From: a virus
Taxonomy: Duplodnaviria > Caudoviricetes
Direction: 5' to 3' (one strand)
DNA: 50,840 nt
IMG/VR virus record: IMGVR_UViG_3300031862_000007
Coordinates: 1-50,840 of that record
This document shows positions 1 through 9,304 of this stretch, piece by piece (the first letter of the stretch is position 1; each line of letters begins with the position of its first letter). The notes below the pieces were generated by a model. That model searched no databases, was not told the DNA's origin, and saw only the letters and a list, made by a program, of their open reading frames with translations. Position numbers and translations under genes: made by a program.

Positions 1-135
1 AGTTAAGATTAAGTTAAGATCTAATTAAGATCTAATTAAGATTAAGATTAAGTTAAGATTAAGATTAATATAATATAGATTTAGGCTAGACTTAGACTGA
101 ATCTAGATTAGGCTTAAACTGGATCTGAATTAGAA
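1..135. repeat. AT-rich low-complexity TAAGAT/TTAAG/CTAG array
   Basis: agttaagattaagttaagatctaattaagatctaattaagattaagatt...; full copy at about 42036-42189. Confidence 0.9.
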
Positions 136-148
136 GAGGAGTCAGTTT

Positions 149-190
149 AGAAAAAAAGGGGGGGGAAACTAGTTAAACCCCCCTTTTTCT
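149..190. terminator. Hairpin, possible bidirectional terminator
   Basis: agaaaaaaagggggggg-aaactagttaaa-cccccctttttct; repeated at 42203-42244. Confidence 0.6.
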
Positions 191-314
191 GTCCATATTG
201 AGATTATAATTAATACATTTATTGATAAATAAGATTTAATAGGATAGAGGGACTTGCTAAGAGAGAAGAAGAGATCAATGCCTACTAGAGGAAGATCAGG
301 GGTGATATTAGTGA

Positions 315-325
315 TTATGTCAACT
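315..325 (+). other. XerD-arm-like half site with degenerate left arm
   Basis: TTATGTCAACT, identical to the right arm at 370-380. Confidence 0.45.
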
Positions 326-352
326 AGAGAGAGGTTATAAGGCAGGATTTAT

Positions 353-380
353 GGGTCGTATAATAACTATTATGTCAACT
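353..380 (+). other. dif-like XerC/XerD recombination site
   Basis: GGGTCGTATAA-TAACTA-TTATGTCAACT, same 11-6-11 architecture as E. coli dif GGTGCGCATAA-TGTATA-TTATGTTAAAT. Confidence 0.7.
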
Positions 381-489
381 ACATCCCATTATTAGGAGAT
401 TCGAATAAGGGGGGGCATATGGGAACTTTCCGATTGACCCTAGGTCTATTAGTGCATCACTTGCTGGGTAAATTTTATCTTTTCTCATA

Positions 490-759
490 CTAGGTCTTTT
501 CTTCATTTGCTATAAACCTCCATATTTTCCGCAATATGGTTTCTACATCATATCGTCCGTATTTCTTTCTAAACTTTTCAAGCCCTAATTTTTGTATCTC
601 TTCTGCTGTTTTTCCTATAACATTTGCGAAAAAGGTTTTCTTTTGTAGCAATGTTTCAAAGGGTTCCTTTCTTCTTTTCGCTTCCTCTTCGAGAAATCTT
701 CTAAGGTGTTGAGGAAGGTCTTCCCAATAAAGAGGCTTGTGTTCTGGTTTATTTCTCAT
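490..759 (-). CDS. Hypothetical phage protein (89 aa)
   Basis: ORF duplicated at 42544-42813; coupled to the upstream ORF. Confidence 0.7.
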   Translation of the reverse strand: MRNKPEHKPLYWEDLPQHLRRFLEEEAKRRKEPFETLLQKKTFFANVIGKTAEEIQKLGLEKFRKKYGRYDVETILRKIWRFIANEEKT

Positions 760-989
760 ACTAGGCTTTTATCTTCCAGAACAGTCTTTTTCTTTTTCAT
801 CTCACTGAGCAGTTTACCTGACAATTCCCAGCATAATAATTTTAGGTCATTTATGAACTTGACATGGTTGATGAACATTCTGATGTCGTCTTTATTGCCA
901 ACCAGGGTGATATGAGCGTTTTGAGGTAAGCAGTTGAGGGAGATTGTATGGAGGCCGAATCCGTCGATTGAGAATTTTTCTTTTTTCAT
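756..989 (-). CDS. Hypothetical protein
   Basis: GGAG RBS upstream; overlaps the start of the next gene. Confidence 0.6.
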   Translation of the reverse strand: MKKEKFSIDGFGLHTISLNCLPQNAHITLVGNKDDIRMFINHVKFINDLKLLCWELSGKLLSEMKKKKTVLEDKSLV

Positions 990-1130
990 TTTTCTCCCAA
1001 ACTGATTCTCATTTTTTCTTTCTGGGTTTTATTTTGAGCTTTACCATTTTAGGGTTTCCAACCAGCCTACCCTCAAAGTGGAACAGCGTCACATAATGGT
1101 TCATATTATTGGCTGGCTTCTTTTTATTTT

Positions 1131-1340
1131 TCAATTTGGCCTGATTATTCGTCTATCCGGCTTTGCCTTCACCATGACGAATTTCTCTGATTTTATGACT
1201 CTATCGAGGATTTGGAGGATCTCGAGGAATATCTTGGCGTCTTTTTTATTTGAGAAGAAATAGGCTTTTGATTTGGGGAGGAGGGGGGAGGTGAATATCC
1301 TGATTTTGAACCCGGCGAAACTGATGGCTTTGGGTTTCAT
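1131..1340 (-). CDS. Hypothetical basic protein
   Basis: ATG overlaps the stop of 1340-1531. Confidence 0.5.
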   Translation of the reverse strand: MKPKAISFAGFKIRIFTSPLLPKSKAYFFSNKKDAKIFLEILQILDRVIKSEKFVMVKAKPDRRIIRPN

Positions 1341-1531
1341 TAACTCGGTTCCACGAAAGCGGATATTTTCTTTTTGAGTTCGCGGATCTCACGCCGTTGT
1401 CGTCGAGTAACAAGATAGAGACGGGCGACAGAGGAGCGGGAGCGCCGGAGTTCGCGGACGACAACGAAAAGTGCCCGACGGAGCCTTTTGTCTTCATAGG
1501 GACAGCGGACAATGTCTTCTTTCACAGCCAC
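1340..1531 (-). CDS. Small coiled-coil protein ending SAFVEPS
   Basis: Diverged homolog at 45683-45874 with conserved protein sequence. Confidence 0.8.
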   Translation of the reverse strand: MAVKEDIVRCPYEDKRLRRALFVVVRELRRSRSSVARLYLVTRRQRREIRELKKKISAFVEPS

Positions 1532-1537
1532 ACTTTA

Positions 1538-1613
1538 ATCGTATCATGGAATTCCGGGGAGTCAATAGGGTTAGTATAAGATATTGACAAGTAAAGAGTT
1601 CTAAGTGTATTTT
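1538..1613. promoter_or_regulatory. Divergent sigma70-like promoter pair
   Basis: - strand TTGACT-N16-TACGAT (1565-1538); + strand TTGACA-N18-TATTTT (1584-1613); both conserved in the diverged copy at about 45880-45960. Confidence 0.55.
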
Positions 1614-1618
1614 AAGAA

Positions 1619-1840
1619 GTGGGAAATGGCATGGGCCTAAGACGGCGATATCGGGTCTGGCGATTCAAGCGCAAAATAGGGAAACTCATCAAGTTTTTTT
1701 TGGAGTTGGACAATGCCATGAAGCATAATCATCCCAAATGGAAGAGGCAACAATTTTGGAGAGATTTCGTGAAGTCAGACGAGTTCCGCAGGGGGCTTCG
1801 GCGAAAGCTTCCCGCGCTCCTCGAGGAAGACCTAAAGTAA
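1619..1840 (+). CDS. Small basic hypothetical protein (probable start 1631)
   Basis: Homologous pseudogene at 45977-46141. Confidence 0.7.
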   Translation: MGNGMGLRRRYRVWRFKRKIGKLIKFFLELDNAMKHNHPKWKRQQFWRDFVKSDEFRRGLRRKLPALLEEDLK

Positions 1841-2379
1841 CGGTCAGGGAATGGGGCGGGATTCCAGTCCTCTGTGGTGCGGAGAAGATTCCCCATCATA
1901 TCCGTCGCGGCAAGCGTCCCAAGCCGCCGATGGCTGAACTCGGAATCGAGAAGCTCAAGCCACAACAGAAGTTGGCGCTTCAAAATAAATTCGAGTTGGG
2001 AATGTCGAACCGTCAGGCTGCAATCCAGGCCGGTTATGAGGAAACAAATGCGAGCCGTGTTCTTCCCCGGCTCCTCCGAAGAAAACCTATAGTCGATGAA
2101 CTTGAGCGGCAGGGCGTAACTGATATAAAGATAGCCTCTGTTATCGCTGAAGGGCTGGACGCCATGCACCCGATAAAACCAGAGCAACCTGACCATCACG
2201 CCCGGGCGAAATTCGTCAGCGAGGCGAATAAGGTCAAGGACAATTATCCGCCGAAGAAAGTCGAGATCGAGGAGAAATCGACGAGAATCGTGCTGAGTGA
2301 CCGCGCCTATGAGAAATATCTTGAAGATAAGCGTATGAGGGAAGAAGAACGGCGCAAATTGATGGGCGAAAGTGAATGA
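1738..2379 (+). CDS. terS: Terminase small subunit (true start probably downstream, e.g. ATG 1930)
   Basis: HTH-like NRQAAIQAGY motif; immediately upstream of the large subunit. Confidence 0.75.
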   Translation: MEEATILERFREVRRVPQGASAKASRAPRGRPKVTVREWGGIPVLCGAEKIPHHIRRGKRPKPPMAELGIEKLKPQQKLALQNKFELGMSNRQAAIQAGYEETNASRVLPRLLRRKPIVDELERQGVTDIKIASVIAEGLDAMHPIKPEQPDHHARAKFVSEANKVKDNYPPKKVEIEEKSTRIVLSDRAYEKYLEDKRMREEERRKLMGESE

Positions 2380-3974
2380 TAGAAATTGTTGATAAGCAAG
2401 GCAAGCGGGCTGGGAGCCGCGAATCATGGATTTATGACAGCCTCCATGACCTCTGGATTCTCTGCCACGACGTTTTAAGTTTTCAGAAGGACATTGAGTA
2501 TCAAGACCTTAATTGGGTTCATAAGGCCCTGTGTGATTTTATCGATCCCAACAAGCAAGCCTATCGGCAACTTTTAGTTCTGATGGGACGGGATATGCTT
2601 AAAAGTTCAATCGGCAGGGGCATGATGATTCAATGGCTTCTCAATAAGGCTTACTACGGGATGTCGGGTGAGGCCTTTATCTACTGTGGCATCCTTGATC
2701 TTGCGAAACAGCATCTTGAGAAAATCGTTGATGAGATTCTCTACAACGAACTCATTCAATCTCTTTTTCACGGGAAAATCCCGGCCAAGGTCTCAGATCA
2801 GCGATTCAAGTGCCGGATTGACGAGGGCGAGATCGTTTGGCGCGGCAATATAAGAATAGCTACTGGCTCGCCAGAGAAGCCGATCTCTGGACGCCATTTT
2901 GAACTCGGAATGGTGGACAATCTCAACAATGAAGTCAACACCCGCACCGTAGAAATGCGGAAAAGCATAAATCGAAGTTGGCAAACGCTTGAATCGGTTT
3001 TTATTGAAAAATCACGCGAGGTCGTTTTTGAAACGACCTGGGCAATAGACGATGTTTCTGGAATCATTCTCGATCCTGAAAGCAAGTTTGATTATTCCAA
3101 GATAAAAAGAAAGCCCTGTCATGTTTTCATGTCGAACATAGGCTACAAAGTTTTTAGTTGTCCCGCCACAATGGGCGAAGGCGAGATAGGAACGCCTGTT
3201 TTCCCTGAAAAAATCGACTTAGAATATCTTGAGCGAAAACGTCGAAAGCAGGGATATTACCTTTATTCAAGGCTTTATGAGCTTCAGCCGATGGCTGATG
3301 AAGAGGTCATCATCCGGCCCGAGTGGTGGAATGTGCATTACGAAAGGCTCCCCATGCCCTTTATCCGCAATATCTGCGTTGATGCTGCCGGGTCAACGAA
3401 GAAGGGAAGTTCTTATTCCGGCCTTTCTATCGGAGAGTGGGACGCGGCGGGAACGCTCTATCTTCCCTGTGCGACCAAAAGAAAACTCTCTTTTAAGGAG
3501 CTTGAAAAGTGGATTGTTACTGAGTTTGACATGAGTGCTGAGGAGGGGCGGCCCGTTACCTGGGTTGGAATTGAAAAAGAAAAATTCGGCATGGATTTAA
3601 AAGCTCAAATAGAAAGTTATAGGTCAGATATTGTTATCACGCTTTGGGACAACCGGGGTATTCCTCGCGAAAAACGCCATGAGGACCTTGTCCCTTATTA
3701 TGAGAGCCGAAAGATTCTTGCAGGGCCGGGGCAAGTAGATTATGAGGATGAGCTGAGAACTTATTATAAGGGCAAAGACTCGAATGTCGATATCATTGAC
3801 ACGATTTGGGGCCATTTTCAGCTTCGGCTTCTTCCCACGAAACCAAAATTTCCTACTCCTTATGAAGCGACAAAAAGTCAACTTGATAAAGAAGTCGAGG
3901 AATTTGAAAAGCAGAGCGAGGGCGATATGCGTGACCGGATAAGAATTCCGAGGGGGATCGCTTTAAGGTTTTAG
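2376..3974 (+). CDS. terL: Terminase large subunit
   Basis: GRDMLKSS Walker-A-like motif, ISGRHF..GMVDN Walker-B region, C-terminal RNase H-like nuclease (CVDAAG, DIIDT). Confidence 0.85.
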   Translation: MIEIVDKQGKRAGSRESWIYDSLHDLWILCHDVLSFQKDIEYQDLNWVHKALCDFIDPNKQAYRQLLVLMGRDMLKSSIGRGMMIQWLLNKAYYGMSGEAFIYCGILDLAKQHLEKIVDEILYNELIQSLFHGKIPAKVSDQRFKCRIDEGEIVWRGNIRIATGSPEKPISGRHFELGMVDNLNNEVNTRTVEMRKSINRSWQTLESVFIEKSREVVFETTWAIDDVSGIILDPESKFDYSKIKRKPCHVFMSNIGYKVFSCPATMGEGEIGTPVFPEKIDLEYLERKRRKQGYYLYSRLYELQPMADEEVIIRPEWWNVHYERLPMPFIRNICVDAAGSTKKGSSYSGLSIGEWDAAGTLYLPCATKRKLSFKELEKWIVTEFDMSAEEGRPVTWVGIEKEKFGMDLKAQIESYRSDIVITLWDNRGIPREKRHEDLVPYYESRKILAGPGQVDYEDELRTYYKGKDSNVDIIDTIWGHFQLRLLPTKPKFPTPYEATKSQLDKEVEEFEKQSEGDMRDRIRIPRGIALRF

Positions 3975-4262
3975 ATGTCAGAAGCGGCAATAAAAAAAAG
4001 ATTAAGAAGAGCTGTAGAGGCTGCCGCTGAAATTCTCGATTATCCCAAAGGTTCATACGGTATCATCATGCTGGATGGGAAAACTTTCAATATTGAGGCG
4101 ATAAGCCGTATGGAAATAAGGAAAATCAGGATAGTTCTGGACGAAATTAAAAAGAACGATGAAGAACTTGTTAAAAAGTTTCCACTTCCAGGAAACTGCA
4201 CTAAGGAGATTTGGTGTAGAAGTTCCGAAGGTGGTTTTTTTATGAAAAAAATCTCTGATTGA
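3975..4262 (+). CDS. Degenerate Hjc/PD-(D/E)xK-fold protein
   Basis: C-terminus LPGNCTKEIW resembles MPPSCRKELW of 28897-29202. Confidence 0.5.
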   Translation: MSEAAIKKRLRRAVEAAAEILDYPKGSYGIIMLDGKTFNIEAISRMEIRKIRIVLDEIKKNDEELVKKFPLPGNCTKEIWCRSSEGGFFMKKISD

Positions 4263-4288
4263 AAATCTTGTCAATGTCTATTTCCCCC

Positions 4289-4350
4289 ACCCTTAGGTTC
4301 ACTTTTTGGTGACCCCTTAGGTTCACTTTTTGGTGACCCCTTGGGTTCAC
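4289..4350 (+). repeat. Tandem 24-bp repeat (about 2.6 copies) upstream of the portal operon
   Basis: ccccttaggttcactttttggtga at 4289, 4313 and partial at 4337. Confidence 0.9.
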
Positions 4351-4459
4351 CCCACTAAAAAACCAGGGCTTATATTCTAGGTGCATTGAAAGACTATCTG
4401 TCTGGATGGCGTTTCTTTCTCACAGCACTCGTCTTCGTCCTTTCCTCTAAGGAGAAAAA

Positions 4460-4717
4460 ATGAATCTTTGGTTTATCGCGCTTCTCGTTGTTGTCCTCAT
4501 TGATGCCGGGGTGATTTGTTTCATCACTCACAAGCATTACGAGGAGAAAAAAGAAATCTTCAACCGCTTCATGGCCGGCGACTACCGAGCCTATATGTAT
4601 TTCAAGGATGAAAACAAAGTTGTTGTGGATAACCTCAAAAAGAGACTTGAGGCCGAAAGGGAAAAAGTGGAAACGGAAGAAGAGCTGGAAAAAAAGAGAG
4701 CGGCTGAGGCGTTTTAA
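4460..4717 (+). CDS. Small membrane-anchored coiled-coil protein
   Basis: N-terminal hydrophobic helix; AGGAG RBS. Confidence 0.75.
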   Translation: MNLWFIALLVVVLIDAGVICFITHKHYEEKKEIFNRFMAGDYRAYMYFKDENKVVVDNLKKRLEAEREKVETEEELEKKRAAEAF

Positions 4718-4719
4718 AG

Positions 4720-6753
4720 ATGGCAGAGAAGGCAAAGGAACAGGAAAAATTCAAACCTCTCGGTCCACGTGACCTCACCGGGGACATGAAAGAGATCGTG
4801 GAGGAAACTGACTGGTATTGGCTTAATCATCCTGTCGTCGAACTCTATCATGGAGCCTGGGAAGAATATATCGCTTGGTTTGAGGGCGATCAATATTCCT
4901 ATTACAGCACAGTATTAGAGAAACTTGTAGATGTTACGCCGCTTGTGGAGCGCGAGGTCAAAAATGTTTATAACCGGATCCTCCCGATGGTTAGACAGCA
5001 GTGGGGGGAGATTCGCTATCCGCACTCTTTCTATGTCGAGCCGAACACTTCGGAGAGCGCAGACAAGAAGGCTGCGAGTATGGCCTCGGCTCTTATCGAA
5101 TACACGAATGTTCTGCGGCTTTTCAACCATAAAATAAACTACGCCAAGCTTTGGGCACTTGTTACAGGCAATGTCTTCTGGAAGGAATGGTGGAACAGGA
5201 AGCTTTACGGATTTACTGAGGGCAAGGATGGCAGGCCGATAAAAGAGCCTGGCGATGTTGATTACAATTGGGTTAATCCTTTCAATGTCCGGCCTGACCC
5301 AAATGGAAAAACGCGGGATGAGTGGCGCTGGCTCATTGAGGGCAAGCTTACGCCCAAGGCAGAGGTCGAGGAAGAGTTTGGTTTAGCGAAGGGGACTCTC
5401 CCTGCTGAAAATATCATGAGGTCGGAGATCGGACTTTTCCGACGGGCTGACCAACCCAAACCCCATGAGGAAATGATTATCAGGAAGGAAAGATGGGCAA
5501 GGCCGACGAAAAATTATCCCAAGGGTCGATTCAGTGTTATCGCGGGGGGATATCTCTGCTATGACGGCCCGAGCCCGGCGGCAGCGGATGGGGACATTCC
5601 CTATTTTCAACTCATGGGGACGATGCCGATTCTTGACGAACAGTGGGGAGACTCTTCGGTGAGGATCGGGCAAAACGCCCAGCGTCAGTTTAATCGCTTC
5701 GGTTCCATGATCGATGAGCATATTCAAAACTTTAAAGTGAAGGGCATGATCCCTAGAAATTCTATGAATTTCAGAGACAAGGTGTCCTTCTGCCGGGCCG
5801 GGGTTGACTTTGTTGAGTTCAACCCAACTGGTTACGGTAATCCTTATTTCCAGTCTCCCCCCCCGCTTCCCGAAATCATTATCCGCATGTTCCTGTTTAT
5901 GGAGAATGAGATGGAACAGGAAACATCGGTAAGAAAAACACTTCAAGGCCAGCTTCCTAAATATGCTTCCCGCGCCTCAGGTGAACTCTTCCAGGGGCTT
6001 GTCGCTCAAGACCAGAAAGTCCTCTACCCGGCCATTGAGGACCAGGAGGTGCAGTTGCAGGCCGCCATGAAATATCGGCTTGAACTCATGCAGAAGCATT
6101 ATAGCCTACCGCGAATGGTCAAAATTACGGGAAAAAATAAAGCGACTTCCATCGCCTATATCAAAGGTGCAGAGATCGCCAACAACACTGATGTCAGAAT
6201 CCGCTCCGGCGTCGCACTCATGCAGAGCATCGAGGCAAAACGGGAGGTCGTCAGCTCCATGATTCAGCAAAACCTCATTACTGACCCGAAGAAAGCACTT
6301 GAGCTTCTCGACGTGAAGGGCATTGAGGAATACATGGAAGATGAGTATGTGGATGAGCGCCAGGGCCAGCGCATCATAGAACTCTTCAAGCAGGGGAAGG
6401 CTTATATCGAGGTCCAGCCCGACGATAACCACGCCGTTCTCTATACGGTTTTCAATAACTTCCGCAAGACCGAGGAGTTTGACACATTGCCGAAGGATGC
6501 TCAGGACAAAATCCAGAAAAGGATTGATGGTCATAAGGCCTATCTGCCGGAGATCCAGAAGGCCACGCAGCTACAACCAGCCGTCACGACCCCAGCTGAG
6601 GCTGAGGTTCCCGCTGAAACTGGCGGGGCAGGACTTGGAGCAGGGGCCGGAGCCGCAGGAGCATTGGAACAGTTAAGGAAATTGCCTCCCGAGGTCGTTC
6701 AGGAGGCCATGCGGCAAGTTGCGGCTGAAAGTCAAGGTCAAGGAGCAATGTAA
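4720..6753 (+). CDS. Portal protein (P22/T7-like)
   Basis: 677 aa; position; WFEGDQY, VYNRILPMV, VNPFNVRPDP motifs typical of podoviral portals. Confidence 0.85.
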   Translation: MAEKAKEQEKFKPLGPRDLTGDMKEIVEETDWYWLNHPVVELYHGAWEEYIAWFEGDQYSYYSTVLEKLVDVTPLVEREVKNVYNRILPMVRQQWGEIRYPHSFYVEPNTSESADKKAASMASALIEYTNVLRLFNHKINYAKLWALVTGNVFWKEWWNRKLYGFTEGKDGRPIKEPGDVDYNWVNPFNVRPDPNGKTRDEWRWLIEGKLTPKAEVEEEFGLAKGTLPAENIMRSEIGLFRRADQPKPHEEMIIRKERWARPTKNYPKGRFSVIAGGYLCYDGPSPAAADGDIPYFQLMGTMPILDEQWGDSSVRIGQNAQRQFNRFGSMIDEHIQNFKVKGMIPRNSMNFRDKVSFCRAGVDFVEFNPTGYGNPYFQSPPPLPEIIIRMFLFMENEMEQETSVRKTLQGQLPKYASRASGELFQGLVAQDQKVLYPAIEDQEVQLQAAMKYRLELMQKHYSLPRMVKITGKNKATSIAYIKGAEIANNTDVRIRSGVALMQSIEAKREVVSSMIQQNLITDPKKALELLDVKGIEEYMEDEYVDERQGQRIIELFKQGKAYIEVQPDDNHAVLYTVFNNFRKTEEFDTLPKDAQDKIQKRIDGHKAYLPEIQKATQLQPAVTTPAEAEVPAETGGAGLGAGAGAAGALEQLRKLPPEVVQEAMRQVAAESQGQGAM

Positions 6754-7004
6754 TGGCTAATCTTTTAAGTCTCAAGGAAGTCTCAAACGAGTTGAATTTC
6801 TCGGAAGAGGAAATCATGGAACTCGTCAGGCAGAAGAGAATCCCTTATCTCTATTTTCCGGCCAAGGACGAATATCTTTTTCCCGATACGGATGTTCGGC
6901 AGGCCCTGAGTCCACGGCCAAAGAAGGAAGAGGCGTCAGCTTTTGTGGAAAAGAAACAAAACGAGCCGGTAGTCGCAAGACGAGGCCGTCCAAAAAAAAT
7001 ATAA
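6753..7004 (+). CDS. Excisionase-like HTH DNA-binding protein with AT-hook-like tail
   Basis: LLSLKEVSNELNFSEEEIMELVRQKRIP; C-terminal RRGRPKK. Confidence 0.65.
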   Translation: MANLLSLKEVSNELNFSEEEIMELVRQKRIPYLYFPAKDEYLFPDTDVRQALSPRPKKEEASAFVEKKQNEPVVARRGRPKKI

Positions 7005-7019
7005 AAGGAGAAATTTTTC

Positions 7020-8039
7020 ATGGAAAGCACAGCTTCAGAGGAAAAGGCCGAAAGTCGGCCCTCCGGTATGAAGGGGATTGCTGAGGGGATTAGGACATTG
7101 GTCGCTGAAAGCACTGCCAGCCCCGCTGCGGCGAAAGAGGCAGTTGTGGAAAGCGAAGAGAAACCCTGCGTTGAATGTGAAGAGAAAGAAGCGGAAGCGG
7201 CAAAGGCAGCCAAAAAGAGCCGATTGTTTATCGTGGACAAGGAAACAGGACAGGAAATTCCTGCTGTTTTTACGTCCGAAGGTAAAGACTATGAGGCAGA
7301 TTCGGTTGACAAGCTCAAGACTTGGACCGGACTCGGTATTCATGCCAATCGGCGACTTGAGGAACTCAAGAAATTTGAGGAACCCGTGAAGATGGTTCTC
7401 AAGGCGATTGAGGAAGGTCGTATTGTCATCAAGGACAAAGTCGATTCTTCACCTCCCGTGAAGGAAAAGGTGGAAGAGGCGGCGTCTGAAGATGAGGAAG
7501 ACTTCATCACCGACCCGGCTGTTCTCAAGGAAAGGCAAAAAAGGCAGGCCTTAGAGGGCGAGGTCAAGGAACTCAAAAAGACGATTGATTCGCTCAAGGT
7601 CTTTGTTGTGAGCAGCAAGACCGATGAGATGAAGAAGGAGATCGAATCCGAGATCGAGCAACTCTCAAAAACCTACCCTTTGGGAAAAAAGAGAAGCAAA
7701 GAAGTTTGGAAACTTCTGGCCGAGATTGGTGAAGATGGGGCTCCGGCGTACACCGTCGAGACCGCCATGAAGACCGTTCACGAACAGAACCTCAGTGATT
7801 TTCAAGAGTGGACGAAGGATCATCCCGAATTCATTGAGAAAGACAAAATCAAGAAAGAGGGAATCCAGGAATACCTCAAGGACAAAGAGGAAAAGGAAAA
7901 GGCCCCCGTCTCCGCACCTTCCGCTACGGGAACAGGTGCGGTCGTGGAAGCTAAGCCCGAAATAAAGGGCATGAAGGATGCCGTCTCCAAGATGAAGGAT
8001 TTTCTCAAGCAGTCAACTAAAGCAGGGAAAAGTCTATAA
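7020..8039 (+). CDS. Capsid scaffolding protein
   Basis: Highly charged, coiled-coil protein between portal and capsid. Confidence 0.7.
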   Translation: MESTASEEKAESRPSGMKGIAEGIRTLVAESTASPAAAKEAVVESEEKPCVECEEKEAEAAKAAKKSRLFIVDKETGQEIPAVFTSEGKDYEADSVDKLKTWTGLGIHANRRLEELKKFEEPVKMVLKAIEEGRIVIKDKVDSSPPVKEKVEEAASEDEEDFITDPAVLKERQKRQALEGEVKELKKTIDSLKVFVVSSKTDEMKKEIESEIEQLSKTYPLGKKRSKEVWKLLAEIGEDGAPAYTVETAMKTVHEQNLSDFQEWTKDHPEFIEKDKIKKEGIQEYLKDKEEKEKAPVSAPSATGTGAVVEAKPEIKGMKDAVSKMKDFLKQSTKAGKSL

Positions 8040-8054
8040 GACAGGAGGTTTTCG

Positions 8055-9296
8055 ATGTTCAGCATCGAGGTTGAGGACAAAATCTATAACGAGATGATTT
8101 CCAAGGGAGTCGTCTCCGAGGTGAGAGGGCTGTCGAAATTAGCAGACAAGATCAAGAAGGACTTCGATAAAATCGACGCACACGGGAAATATATCACCCA
8201 AAAGATGAATTTCGGCGGATCTCAGGCCTTCGGAGCAAAATCCAACAGCTCCTATCCCACTGGGCAGCAGGTCACTCCGGGTGAGGCCTTGCTTCGGGTC
8301 AAGCGGTTCGAGATGTTCACCATGCACTTTGATGGACTTTCCTTGGAACTTGCGGAAAAAGGCGGCTCTCCCATTGATCCCGAGGATTTTGAACAGCAGG
8401 AACTTTTTAAGGGCATGGGCGATGACATGAGTCGCCAGCTTATGCTCGATGGCTCAGGCGTCATCTGCCAGGCCAACGGAGCAGGGAGCGGGACAACGGC
8501 CCTCGTGGTCGATTCACTATATTTTTCAAAGCCGGCAAGTCTTTTCTTCAATCCAGGGAGAGTGATTGACGCTTATCTTGCCGCGGCTCAAGAGATCAAC
8601 AGCATCGCCATCGCAGCAATCGCCTCAGATGTGCAGTTGACGCTCGCAAGCAACCAGACATGGAGTGACGATTCAAATATTTACGGCGAGGACGTTTACA
8701 CTGGCACAGAGGCGGTCGGCAAGGGCGAGATCATGGGGCTTTTGGGGATCGTCAGAGACACAGACCCGCCAGCACCTAATGCTGCAGGGCTCCAGGGACT
8801 GCCGGTAGCCAGTTACCCGCTTTGGAAGTCCAAAGTTTGGGGCAATGGCGGCGTCGCACGGCCTTTTGATGAAGACCTGATGATCAAGGCGCTACAGTAT
8901 GCCGAAAAGAGAGGCAAGATTACCGTTCTCCTCATCACCGAGGGCATTTTCAGATTGTGGAAACAGCACCTTGACGCTTATAAAGTGCTCGGTTCCGAGC
9001 CCAAGGCGATGTGGGGAGGCTGGGTCGCGCTTCCGTTCTATTATGACGGCCGGATTATCCCGATGGTGCAAGACCTGTATGTTCCCGATGGAAACATCAT
9101 GGGTCTCGCTGAAGATGAATTTACGCTCCACTTGACAAATCCAGCCTGGGTCACCTGGGAAAAGGTCGGAGGCTCGAGACTTCAGAAGGTCGCCAATAAG
9201 AACGAGTATGTTTCCGAAGGACATATCTTCGGCAACCTGGGCGTCCGCAGCCGCGCTCCTCATTTCCGCATCACAGATATTGAGGAACCTGAATAA
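8055..9296 (+). CDS. Major capsid protein
   Basis: 413 aa, strong AGGAGG RBS, position after scaffold, followed by a terminator. Confidence 0.85.
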   Translation: MFSIEVEDKIYNEMISKGVVSEVRGLSKLADKIKKDFDKIDAHGKYITQKMNFGGSQAFGAKSNSSYPTGQQVTPGEALLRVKRFEMFTMHFDGLSLELAEKGGSPIDPEDFEQQELFKGMGDDMSRQLMLDGSGVICQANGAGSGTTALVVDSLYFSKPASLFFNPGRVIDAYLAAAQEINSIAIAAIASDVQLTLASNQTWSDDSNIYGEDVYTGTEAVGKGEIMGLLGIVRDTDPPAPNAAGLQGLPVASYPLWKSKVWGNGGVARPFDEDLMIKALQYAEKRGKITVLLITEGIFRLWKQHLDAYKVLGSEPKAMWGGWVALPFYYDGRIIPMVQDLYVPDGNIMGLAEDEFTLHLTNPAWVTWEKVGGSRLQKVANKNEYVSEGHIFGNLGVRSRAPHFRITDIEEPE

Positions 9297-9304
9297 GAAT
9301 AAGT

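Larger units (their letters stand above)
1..760 (+). repeat. Long direct repeat, copy 1 (may extend left of the window)
   Basis: Matches 42055-42814; one mismatch seen (747 g vs a, giving KPE vs KSE). Confidence 0.95.

Noticed and set aside
315-380. AGTTGACATAA copies as simple -35 promoter boxes
   Set aside because: No acceptable -10 hexamer at 16-18 bp for any of the four distinct copies, and two of them have a symmetric partner arm 6 bp away.
1729-2427. Long antisense ORFs (also 5383-5946, 22058-22606, 27296-27883, 41590-41949)
   Set aside because: They shadow better-supported genes on the opposite strand.
4289-4350. CRISPR mini-array
   Set aside because: The repeats are directly tandem with no spacers, and no cas genes are present.
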